The position numbers were made by a program, and so were the translations under genes. The notes beneath the pieces are model-generated. The model saw only the letters and a program-made list of their open reading frames with translations. It did not search any database and was not told where the DNA came from. Positions 15,780 through 22,845 of a stretch of 22,845 nt of DNA are shown in pieces; position 1 is the stretch's first letter; every line of letters starts with the position of its first letter. The stretch comes from a virus (lineage: Duplodnaviria; Heunggongvirae; Uroviricota; Caudoviricetes): positions 112,685-135,529 of IMG/VR virus record IMGVR_UViG_3300020171_000017; one strand, 5' to 3'.

Positions 15780-16243
15780 CTTACTAAATAAAGGCTTTTC
15801 GAAAACCTTATCGCTTCCTTAATTTTATCTTTAGGCAACTTCTTGGTTAAGGTATCTTTTATCGCTAAAGAAACCGCATCTTTTAAATTAGTATAATCGC
15901 CTAACTTCTCAAGATCCTCAATTATACCTGTTACAGTATCATTAACTATATCTTGCTCAGATTGAGATAAAATTAATTGAGGATATGAGGCCACTACTTC
16001 TTCTTTAACAATTGTTTCCGATTCTTTAACGACAGGTATTTCTTCTTTAGGCAAAACTTTTTCTTCCTCTTTTACAACAGGTTTTATTTTCGGCACAAAA
16101 GCACTTTTCTTGCCTCCTCTCACGCTTTTACAATGTGTGCATTCATAAGTTTTTAATACTTCTTCGGTATACTTTTCAGGGTAGTTAGTAGTTACAGGCG
16201 TGGTATCGTTGCATTTGATACAGATAAGCTTGATTTTTGACAT
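15776..16243 (-). CDS. zinc-ribbon protein with EK-rich linker
   Basis: CIKC...CTHC at the N-terminus; AGGAG RBS. Confidence 0.7.
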   Translation of the reverse strand: MSKIKLICIKCNDTTPVTTNYPEKYTEEVLKTYECTHCKSVRGGKKSAFVPKIKPVVKEEEKVLPKEEIPVVKESETIVKEEVVASYPQLILSQSEQDIVNDTVTGIIEDLEKLGDYTNLKDAVSLAIKDTLTKKLPKDKIKEAIRFSKSLYLVR

Positions 16244-16337
16244 TTTAATATCTCCTATTTAATTAAAGGTTTTTAATTTTGTTCTGGTTTACAACTCAAT
16301 CCTTTATTTTTTTATTTTTTATACCTCCATAAATAGT

Positions 16338-16479
16338 TTGCGGGTATGCCTCAGAGCAAAGGCACACCCGCAATATCGCCCCTTAAAAATATTGACGCAG
16401 GATTAGAAAGGATAGAAACCTGCATCGGTTTCAAGAGGTTCTTTTAAGCACTTCTGCCATAACAGGCAGGTTCAAGTGC
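16338..16479 (-). ncRNA. three-hairpin leader or small RNA
   Basis: Stems 16448-16479, 16394-16426 (8 bp, 17-nt loop) and 16338-16373 (14 bp); G-U wobbles favour the minus strand; lies just downstream of a promoter. Confidence 0.5.
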
Positions 16480-16498
16480 GAATCTAATTTCTATTATA

Positions 16499-16527
16499 AC
16501 TATGGCATATTACTACGTCATTGTCAA
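16499..16527 (-). promoter_or_regulatory. sigma70-type promoter
   Basis: TTGACA-17 nt-CATAGT with extended TG, followed immediately by TATAAT. Confidence 0.55.
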
Positions 16528-16600
16528 GATATTCTTTTTGCCTTGTAATTTTTACTGAAAGAAGTGTTTTTTAGGGTTTGGGATCAAAAACTTCTTGATT

Positions 16601-16816
16601 CTAACAATTCTGTTTCGCTAATTCTTTACTCATACGTTCGAGTAGATTTTCCATTCTCTCAATCACATTTTTATCTACCTCAATACATGTTTGTTTTCCT
16701 TTTTCACTATAGTCATATTTATTGGATAGCAAATCATTTAACGCTTCTTTTCTAAGTTCAATTCCTGCATGTAATGATTCTCGTAATGTAAATAGTTCTT
16801 CAATGTTTAATTTCAT
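16601..16816 (-). CDS. hypothetical protein
   Basis: 71 aa ORF with AAGGAG RBS. Confidence 0.65.
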   Translation of the reverse strand: MKLNIEELFTLRESLHAGIELRKEALNDLLSNKYDYSEKGKQTCIEVDKNVIERMENLLERMSKELAKQNC

Positions 16817-16829
16817 TTAATCTCCTTTC

Positions 16830-17060
16830 TCAATCTATCCAAAGCGACCATTTCAACGTCTTTTTCCTCCTACTGCCTTTCAATGGTTTTAAATATACAT
16901 CTGTTTTCTTATCCGTTCGCTCAATTTTAACTGTTTCAGGAAAATTATATTTAACTAAATGCGTAATGGCTTCATCAGTCCCGCAACTAAACGGCAATGT
17001 TGAATAGACAAAGCCATTAAACCGTTTTCTTTCCTGTTTTATAAAATCGGATATTTTCAT
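16830..17060 (-). CDS. hypothetical protein
   Basis: 76 aa ORF, ATGA-coupled. Confidence 0.6.
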   Translation of the reverse strand: MKISDFIKQERKRFNGFVYSTLPFSCGTDEAITHLVKYNFPETVKIERTDKKTDVYLKPLKGSRRKKTLKWSLWID

Positions 17061-17650
17061 TTTCCAAATACTTCTTCTGTCAATTCTTTTGCGAACTTTT
17101 TATCCGATTTCGCTCGTTTCACATCCGTCTCAAGTTGTGTTAATCGTTGTTCCACTTTTTTATCTTGATCGGCAATAATTTCTTTTTCTATCGCGTACAA
17201 CAATTTTCCCATTTCTTCTATAATCACTATTCTATCAGTTGCCCAACATGGTTGAGAAGGTGATACGATTTGTCCAAAATCGTTACGCCTAAACAGTTGT
17301 TTCAACGCGTAAAGATCTGGATACGCAGCAATCCAGCCTTGTTTATTATAGTGAGCGATCGTGCCGCAACAAAGATGGAAAAACTTATACAACTCATCGG
17401 TTAGAGATTGCATTCCATTTTTCAGCAAGCGTTTAAAATGAGAAATTAGTTTTGTTTTACTATACACGCTGTTTCCATCATACAATATGCTTGCCTTGAC
17501 ATCATCAACCACATAATTTTGCAAAGCTATCCGATCTTCACCTTCTTCACCTGTAAGTTTTAAATTTGATATTTTTTCTTCTGCAAACTTAATTTCTTTA
17601 TCACTGCCGTATAAAGTTATTTCTGTGCCTTCGATTTTTTTGTTATTCAT
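17057..17650 (-). CDS. hypothetical phage protein
   Basis: 197 aa ORF containing CCGTIAHYNKQGW. Confidence 0.7.
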   Translation of the reverse strand: MNNKKIEGTEITLYGSDKEIKFAEEKISNLKLTGEEGEDRIALQNYVVDDVKASILYDGNSVYSKTKLISHFKRLLKNGMQSLTDELYKFFHLCCGTIAHYNKQGWIAAYPDLYALKQLFRRNDFGQIVSPSQPCWATDRIVIIEEMGKLLYAIEKEIIADQDKKVEQRLTQLETDVKRAKSDKKFAKELTEEVFGK

Positions 17651-17907
17651 TTTAAATCTCCTTTTTTTATTTTCTCAATTCTCCATTGACCATAATCTAA
17701 CAACCAATCCAGTTGGTCTTTAGTGGTATTAATTTCCCAAAACTTAAAATACTCCAAAATTTCTAATTCATTATTTTTATCATCAGTACCTATAAAATCA
17801 ATATTATGAAAATCTGCAAGCTGTTCAACAATCTGTTCTTTTGTTTCATACAATTCCCCATTAGCGAAGTATTTACCTGGAGTTTGTAAATCGGCTATGC
17901 GGTACAT
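17647..17907 (-). CDS. hypothetical acidic protein
   Basis: 86 aa ORF with GGAGG RBS. Confidence 0.65.
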   Translation of the reverse strand: MYRIADLQTPGKYFANGELYETKEQIVEQLADFHNIDFIGTDDKNNELEILEYFKFWEINTTKDQLDWLLDYGQWRIEKIKKGDLK

Positions 17908-18056
17908 TTTAACCTCCTTTCTGTTTCTTTATTCCTAAATAAAAAATCTTTACAACCAATAACTTCGCTGCATTTCACACTTTTAATATTACACCAATCA
18001 CTGCCTTCTCCTTTAATTCGGTACGCTCGCCAGAAACAAAGTTTCTTAAGTTCCAT
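17895..18056 (-). CDS. small Cys-rich protein (53 aa, start MELKK)
   Basis: AGGAG RBS 4 nt before ATG at 18056; overlaps the tail of the upstream ORF. Confidence 0.45.
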   Translation of the reverse strand: MELKKLCFWRAYRIKGEGSDWCNIKSVKCSEVIGCKDFLFRNKETERRLKCTA

Positions 18057-18946
18057 TTTTCTCCTAACACACAGCGTTTCGCTATTGAAATATACAAATT
18101 TTGATCCCAATCATCTCTGAACTTAGTTATCTTCTCTATTCTCCAGCCTGTTTCATGCCTGCCGCCGTCTTTCAGGTAATAACCATCACCCATTGACCAT
18201 TTCTCGCGGTGTTCTAACTCTTCTTCTTCTATTCTCCAACTAAATGGTATTAATTTACCTTCAAAACTTATACTGCAAGGTTGTCCTACTTTAATTATAT
18301 AATCTTCAGCCTCCTTCCTTGTTTTGAACACAATTTGTTTTCCGTGCGCTTCGTTTAACTCTCTATGCCAGTGGGAATAGGCTCCTTGGTGGTAATAGCC
18401 ATCTGACTTAAAATCGGCTCCTATCAGCACCCTAGCCTCAAAATGACCGTATCCTACAGCCAGGTGCGCGGTTTCAGGTATCTTTGTTGCGTATTTTCGC
18501 ATTTCAGAGAAAAGATCCCGTTTATGTAGAGAAAACCCTAGAATTACAGTTCCCGAACTGATATGGCTGAAATAATCAGTTTGGACATCAGAATCATTAG
18601 TATCGTAACAAGCGATAATCAACGCTTGTGCTGTAGTAGAGATATACTTCTTAAACAATTCACGTCCTTTCTTCTCTAAATCATTACTTGTTTCTATCGC
18701 TTTTGATTGCGCATTCATCATCCTTTTTCTGTTCTCTTCAGATTTCTGCCACAAATCTAATACTTCATCAGGCGTTTTTATTTCAGTAGTAATATAAGTT
18801 TGTATCCTATCATCTTTCTTTTCACTAAAATACTTCAGTTCATAAGCATTCTTTCTTTGTTGCCCAAAATCCACTAGTGAAACCACAAGATACTTTGCGC
18901 CATAATAATTGTACTTCTCATCTACCCCTAAATTCTTGACAATCAC
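17975..18946 (-). CDS. hypothetical phage protein, probably the 3' part of a split gene
   Basis: Contains TDYF and EHREKWSMGDGYYL; GTG start lacks an RBS and abuts the repeat element. Confidence 0.65.
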   Translation of the reverse strand: MIVKNLGVDEKYNYYGAKYLVVSLVDFGQQRKNAYELKYFSEKKDDRIQTYITTEIKTPDEVLDLWQKSEENRKRMMNAQSKAIETSNDLEKKGRELFKKYISTTAQALIIACYDTNDSDVQTDYFSHISSGTVILGFSLHKRDLFSEMRKYATKIPETAHLAVGYGHFEARVLIGADFKSDGYYHQGAYSHWHRELNEAHGKQIVFKTRKEAEDYIIKVGQPCSISFEGKLIPFSWRIEEEELEHREKWSMGDGYYLKDGGRHETGWRIEKITKFRDDWDQNLYISIAKRCVLGEKWNLRNFVSGERTELKEKAVIGVILKV

Positions 18947-18965
18947 TGAAGAGTATTAATAGTTC

Positions 18966-18994
18966 TTGACAATCCTATTTAAATATAATAGAAT
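18966..18994 (+). promoter_or_regulatory. sigma70 promoter inside the repeat, antisense to the phage genes
   Basis: TTGACA-17 nt-TAGAAT; copy at 22618-22646. Confidence 0.7.
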
Positions 18995-19185
18995 ATTATT
19001 ATATTGAACGGTGTTCAATAAGCTGTTATGAATGGGCATATATTTCGCAAGTTTGTTATCTTTGTGATATTTACAAGGATGATAAATTTTATTGTGCTAA
19101 ACACAAGGAAGTAAATGCTCATTACAACGCCACTATGAATATTCTTATTAGAATAACGGTTGAGACTGTCCAACCAAGACTCTAG
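18970..19185 (+). pseudogene. tnpB: degenerate TnpB C-terminal fragment
   Basis: NIIEY...AYISQVCYLC...FYCAKH...NAHYNATMNI matches the TnpB YTSQxCxxC...C...NADxNAAxNI pattern, with the RuvC-III Asp replaced by His; no start codon. Confidence 0.7.
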
Positions 19186-19230
19186 ATATGATATAACTAT
19201 ATCAGAGAGCGAAAAAATCCATACATACAT

Positions 19231-19362
19231 TTAAATATGTTTTGGGTAACAGTGGTAATCATATCCATTTAGGCGCAGAACTGTGCCGATCGGCAGGTTA
19301 TTTTTTGGATCGTTGGATTTAACACTAATATCTTTCATACTATTACTTATTTCATATAACAT
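19231..19362 (-). pseudogene. 43-aa ORF, probable N-terminus of the gene continuing at 18946
   Basis: Strong AGAAAGGAG RBS; MLYEIS...LPIGTVLRLNGYDY, ending at the repeat element. Confidence 0.5.
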
Positions 19363-19381
19363 TTTTAGGTCTCCTTTCTTT

Positions 19382-19657
19382 TTACCAACCTGCTAAAGTA
19401 GTTAATTCTTCTAATGTTTTTGTTTCTATTAACGGTTTTATTTCTTTTTCCCAAAATTCTTTTGACGGTCGGACCCAGATTGTTTCATTCTCTTTTTTCA
19501 TATTAGTTATTAGAACTCCTTTTTTTAGTAAATGAGATACATTACCATATTTAAACAATCCCCATAAATTAATAGTATCCCAATTCTCATCTTTATGGAA
19601 TTGTACCTTTCTTCTTGCCATTTCTGCCGTAACTTCTTTTTGTGTGTATTGGCTCAT
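19382..19657 (-). CDS. hypothetical protein
   Basis: 91 aa ORF with AAGGAGG RBS. Confidence 0.7.
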   Translation of the reverse strand: MSQYTQKEVTAEMARRKVQFHKDENWDTINLWGLFKYGNVSHLLKKGVLITNMKKENETIWVRPSKEFWEKEIKPLIETKTLEELTTLAGW

Positions 19658-19658
19658 T

Positions 19659-19802
19659 TTAGGCCTCCTTTATAAATTTAACTTCTTTAGTCCATAACCA
19701 ATGATTTGTTTCAAGATAATTACTAAAAAACTCATTCAATAAATTCTGGGCTTCTCTTGAAACATTTGTTAAGTCTACTTCAATAATAAGTTTTTTTCTC
19801 AT
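19659..19802 (-). CDS. hypothetical 47-aa protein
   Basis: MRKKLIIEVDLTNV...; fills the gap, AGGA RBS. Confidence 0.5.
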   Translation of the reverse strand: MRKKLIIEVDLTNVSREAQNLLNEFFSNYLETNHWLWTKEVKFIKEA

Positions 19803-19817
19803 TTTATTCCTACTTTC

Positions 19818-19988
19818 TTAAATATCCCAAGTTACTTTGCCAACTTTGTTGCCGTTATAATCCAGCAACACAGAAGGATCATAACCATTGCGTACTTTAG
19901 AAACCAATTCTTCCAGTATTCTGGCTATCTCGCCTCTTGGATCATCCGTAAATGCCGCGTTCTCGGTTTTAATTTCTAGTTTAAACAT
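19818..19988 (-). CDS. hypothetical phage protein (likely start MFKLEIKTENAAF)
   Basis: AGAAAGGAG RBS before the ATG at 19988. Confidence 0.65.
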   Translation of the reverse strand: MFKLEIKTENAAFTDDPRGEIARILEELVSKVRNGYDPSVLLDYNGNKVGKVTWDI

Positions 19989-20004
19989 TTTAAATCTCTC
20001 CTTT

Positions 20005-20481
20005 CTAATTAAATACTTTTCTGCCATTTTTTATTGTAATTACATTATTTTTAATTATTATTTTCCCAAAATCTTCTGGTTTTTCCCCTTGCCATTCAAC
20101 TTCACCATTAACAAAATATCCTCTCGGTTTCAGTATTGCTTTAATAAGATATTTTATCCATTCAATATAATTATAAAACTTTTCACCGCCATTCCATTGA
20201 ATAGTTTGCCTATCTTTTTGTATTAACCATTGACAATAAAGAGAAGGCTGAGTTTTTGGTGGGATAGAATAATTAATTATTTTACCTTCATTTGGATTTT
20301 TACTTTGTCCAAAATCATCAACATTTTTACAATAAAACTCTCCTTCTACCCCATATTTCTTTGGCAAATTGCCTCGTTTTATTCTTCTTGTTTCTGCTAT
20401 CCCTTTTAAAAGATCATAAGTTTTTTTATCTACTTTCTTATTTATTTTAAATTCTCCATAAAACTCTGTTGTATATCTCAT
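20005..20481 (-). CDS. hypothetical phage protein
   Basis: 158 aa with PSLYCQW and GEKFYNYIEW motifs. Confidence 0.7.
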   Translation of the reverse strand: MRYTTEFYGEFKINKKVDKKTYDLLKGIAETRRIKRGNLPKKYGVEGEFYCKNVDDFGQSKNPNEGKIINYSIPPKTQPSLYCQWLIQKDRQTIQWNGGEKFYNYIEWIKYLIKAILKPRGYFVNGEVEWQGEKPEDFGKIIIKNNVITIKNGRKVFN

Positions 20482-20484
20482 TTT

Positions 20485-20610
20485 TTATCTACTTTCTTTA
20501 ATAAATTTGCCAGTCATAGCAGATTTAGCACTAATTATAATATTTTGTTTCCATTTTGGCCAGCGTTTAACTTCTTTTTTGTTAACAGTAATTCTTTTTT
20601 TTGAATTCAT
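20485..20610 (-). CDS. possible 41-aa basic protein
   Basis: TGATG-coupled to the upstream ORF. Confidence 0.4.
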   Translation of the reverse strand: MNSKKRITVNKKEVKRWPKWKQNIIISAKSAMTGKFIKESR

Positions 20611-20834
20611 CAATATCCACCTCCTTCAGCTCTATCAGCGCACTCATCGCACTGATAGTGGCAAGCCACATCTTTAGCGGTTAATCTGTTTGGCTCTTTA
20701 CAAGTAGGACATGGATACTTTCTTGGATTGTATTTTGTAGCTTTTCTTAATGCTGAACCATCTCTTTCAAACTGCATTTTAATTTTCCTTTCTCTGAAAC
20801 GCTGGTTTAAATACACCATTCCTAAAATCTTCAC
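20610..20834 (-). CDS. small zinc-finger protein
   Basis: CPTC...CDEC; the true start is probably MQFER. Confidence 0.65.
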   Translation of the reverse strand: MKILGMVYLNQRFRERKIKMQFERDGSALRKATKYNPRKYPCPTCKEPNRLTAKDVACHYQCDECADRAEGGGY

Positions 20835-21078
20835 TTACTTGTATCACATTTTCAAATTCATAATCAGCAAGTAAAAGTTCCAATCCTATTTCTTTTAAAA
20901 AATATTCGCATTCAGTTTGTCCATCAAGCATTATTCTTCTATTTGAGAAACCATCATATTCTCCATTTTCAAATATTGCCTGAAAACCATCACCATAATC
21001 ACCAAATACTACGCCGATAGCGCCTGGATTATTGCCTAAACATTTTATTTTTAATTCCACTATCGTGCCTACACGCAT
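20779..21078 (-). CDS. hypothetical protein
   Basis: 99 aa ORF with AAGGA RBS. Confidence 0.65.
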   Translation of the reverse strand: MRVGTIVELKIKCLGNNPGAIGVVFGDYGDGFQAIFENGEYDGFSNRRIMLDGQTECEYFLKEIGLELLLADYEFENVIQVSEDFRNGVFKPAFQRKEN

Positions 21079-21272
21079 TTATATCCTTTTATTTTTGCCT
21101 TATGATTTTTGCTGAAAGAAGATTTTTCTTTGACTTCTATCACTTTAGCTTCAACTAAATATACAGGCGAACTGCGGTATAATTTCCAAGCTTCTTCTTC
21201 CGCCGAGACTTCGTTATTCGCGAGAATATCATAAGTTGTTTGTTTTCCGATTATCACTTTATATCGCTTCAT
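21069..21272 (-). CDS. hypothetical protein
   Basis: 67 aa ORF with RBS. Confidence 0.55.
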   Translation of the reverse strand: MKRYKVIIGKQTTYDILANNEVSAEEEAWKLYRSSPVYLVEAKVIEVKEKSSFSKNHKAKIKGYKCV

Positions 21273-21421
21273 TTTTTTCCTTTCTTTTTTTCTTTATCCA
21301 TTAATATCTTATCAGGCAAAACCTGGCTATCACGTATTGCCTGTTCCTCTGGCGCTTCATATTTTTCATTAAAAATATAAGCAAGGTAATTTTGTTCGGG
21401 TATCATTTGTATTTTACGCAT
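21269..21421 (-). CDS. hypothetical 50-aa protein
   Basis: Coupled by TAATG upstream and ATGA downstream. Confidence 0.5.
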   Translation of the reverse strand: MRKIQMIPEQNYLAYIFNEKYEAPEEQAIRDSQVLPDKILMDKEKKKGKK

Positions 21422-21636
21422 TATTTTTTCCTTTTATCGGTTTTTAAATCATCAAACTCTCCGTTATAAAATTCATCAGGCTCAAATTCATAATTTTCTG
21501 CTGTTGCATCCTGAAAACATTCACCGCCAAATACCTCACCTAATAACCGAGCTAATTCATCTCCATCACATTCATCAATATATTTTTTTAATCTTTCAAT
21601 TGCCAACCATTCTGGAATCTTAATAAATTTTTTCAT
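21421..21636 (-). CDS. hypothetical acidic protein
   Basis: 71 aa ORF with AAGGAG RBS. Confidence 0.65.
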   Translation of the reverse strand: MKKFIKIPEWLAIERLKKYIDECDGDELARLLGEVFGGECFQDATAENYEFEPDEFYNGEFDDLKTDKRKK

Positions 21637-21672
21637 CTTTCTCTCTCCTTTTATTGCTATAAATAAAGTAAG

Positions 21673-21864
21673 TTATTTTACTTCCCATTCTTGAATATCA
21701 ATTTCTTCTTCACAGTTTGGATATTTTTTCTTGTAATCAGCAACATATTTTTCAGCTTTTGGATTAGTATTAAATACAGCATCAATATCTTTTCCTTCAA
21801 AATCAATATCTACTGTTACTACATAAACTTTTATCTTTCTACCTCCTTTCATTGTTACAAACAA
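21673..21864 (-). CDS. hypothetical protein
   Basis: 63 aa ORF with an internal GGAGG RBS. Confidence 0.6.
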   Translation of the reverse strand: MFVTMKGGRKIKVYVVTVDIDFEGKDIDAVFNTNPKAEKYVADYKKKYPNCEEEIDIQEWEVK

Positions 21865-21870
21865 AGTAAA

Positions 21871-22002
21871 TTATTTGACTTCTCGTTCTTCGATAGAAAA
21901 TTCTTTTTCTGACCAGATATTATTTTCAGGCTTTTTTCTCCAATCTGCGATATATTGTTCTGCTTTTAATTCAGTATCAAATACAGCTGAAATCCATAAC
22001 TC
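21871..22002 (-). pseudogene. start-less 3' fragment paralogous to 21673-21864
   Basis: ELWISAVFDTELKAEQYIADWRKK...EEREVK versus DIDAVFNTNPKAEKYVADYKKK...QEWEVK. Confidence 0.55.
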
Positions 22003-22141
22003 CCGCTGTGGCTTCTTTTTGATATTGCTCAATCAAATCGGCATGACCCGCTCGCCGTAATGCTTGAGTCACTCTACCCATGATCATAAAAGCATTGCCG
22101 TCTTTACCCACTAACCTAACTGTTACATTTGTTTTTGGCAT
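21977..22141 (-). CDS. phage protein MPKTNVTVRLVGKDGNAF..., C-terminus apparently truncated
   Basis: AGAAAGGAG RBS before the ATG at 22141; frame changes at the junction near 22003. Confidence 0.55.
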   Translation of the reverse strand: MPKTNVTVRLVGKDGNAFMIMGRVTQALRRAGHADLIEQYQKEATAGVMDFSCI

Positions 22142-22197
22142 TTGTATATCTCCTTTCTTAAAAATTAATAGCAAATGATTCCACATCTTTATTCATT

Positions 22198-22578
22198 TTA
22201 ATACTCGCTCGGCAAAAACAAAGTTCCGTTCTGAAACCAAACTATAACTTCACGCATTGGGAAATCAGTAAAACCTAAAATCTCATTGTATAAACTGTTA
22301 CCGTTTCCATCTTTACAAACTAAAGCAGCGGTTTTATCTTCTTTTACAGATAATTTCCAAACCCCAAATTCTTGCAGTTTTGGTTTATATCTTGTAATAA
22401 TTAAGATTTTGTCCAATAACCAATACGCACCCGCTTTCTCTGCCAGATATTGTATGCCATCAGTATAAACATAGCCACTTAATGGGTGTTTGTAGTAACT
22501 TTCGGTTCCGGTAAATTGTTCTAATTCATTTTGCGTTAGCATTTGTGTATTCTCCTTTCTATTTTTTAAATCTACCAA
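22198..22578 (-). CDS. DUF6876-like phage protein
   Basis: QFTGTESYY, YTDGIQYLAEKAGAYWLLD, TDFP and C-terminal LPSEY; likely start at 22542. Confidence 0.7.
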   Translation of the reverse strand: MVDLKNRKENTQMLTQNELEQFTGTESYYKHPLSGYVYTDGIQYLAEKAGAYWLLDKILIITRYKPKLQEFGVWKLSVKEDKTAALVCKDGNGNSLYNEILGFTDFPMREVIVWFQNGTLFLPSEY

Positions 22579-22610
22579 TTTTTTTAAATCCTATTTCATT
22601 AAGAGTTTTT

Positions 22611-22845
22611 ATAGTTCTTGACAATCCTATTTAAATATAATAGAATATTATTATATTGAACGGTGTTCAATAAGCTGTTATGAATGGGCATATATTTCGC
22701 AAGTTTGTTATCTTTGTGATATTTACAAGGATGATAAATTTTATTGTGCTAAACACAAGGAAGTAAATGCTCATTACAACGCCACTATGAATATTCTTAT
22801 TAGAATAACGGTTGAGACTGTCCAACCAAGACTCTAGATATGATA
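22611..22845 (+). repeat. copy 2 of the promoter-tnpB relic repeat (runs off the window end)
   Basis: Identical to 18959-19193; tnpB relic at 22622-22837. Confidence 0.97.

Larger units (their letters stand above)
18959..19193 (+). repeat. copy 1 of an exact direct repeat (at least 235 bp; copy 2 at 22611-22845)
   Basis: Base-by-base identity at an offset of 3652 bp up to the window end. Confidence 0.97.

Noticed and set aside
16261-16330. Small ATA-start ORF after GGAGG in the leader
   Set aside because: The frame closes after three codons
461-22468. Plus-strand ORFs in the track (461, 1025, 2623, 4440, 4684, 5153, 6393, 10235, 13285, 15074, 16564, 19888, 21691, 21875, 22286) and nested minus ORFs 5171, 5620, 19015
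   Set aside because: Antisense or out-of-frame shadows of better-supported genes or elements, with no RBS or motifs

Overview
AT-rich (about one-third GC by eye) phage or prophage segment. Almost all genes are on the minus strand, and no virion structural genes are present. Reading right to left (transcription order): a cluster of small early-type hypothetical genes; ParB-like and wHTH genes; DNA methyltransferases; an xis/tyrosine-recombinase pair; and a replication/recombination block (RuvB with a mini-intein, acyl carrier protein, SNF2 helicase, Pif1 helicase). Four RNA-guided-type elements sit in this backbone. (1) A wHTH-RAMP/Cas7-like gene (11673-12548) is followed by two strict 5-nt-period NNN(G)T arrays (11560-11669 and 11319-11418), with no CRISPR array or other cas genes (VIPR-like). 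(2) An IS110/Nop-related DEDD-RuvC protein (1797-2834) is followed by three stem-enclosed dual 9-nt-spacer units (1501-1790), a TasR plus stem-loop TIGR array. (3) An IscB-type omegaRNA/IS200-IS605 end interrupts a gene at the left edge. (4) A promoter-fronted degenerate tnpB 3' relic is present as two identical copies (18959-19193 and 22611-22845). Two further structured, unassigned RNAs are visible (3219-3487 and 16338-16479). All protein family calls come from motif recognition by eye, not database searches. The TIGR-Tas and VIPR names rest on my recollection of recent literature and need confirmation.
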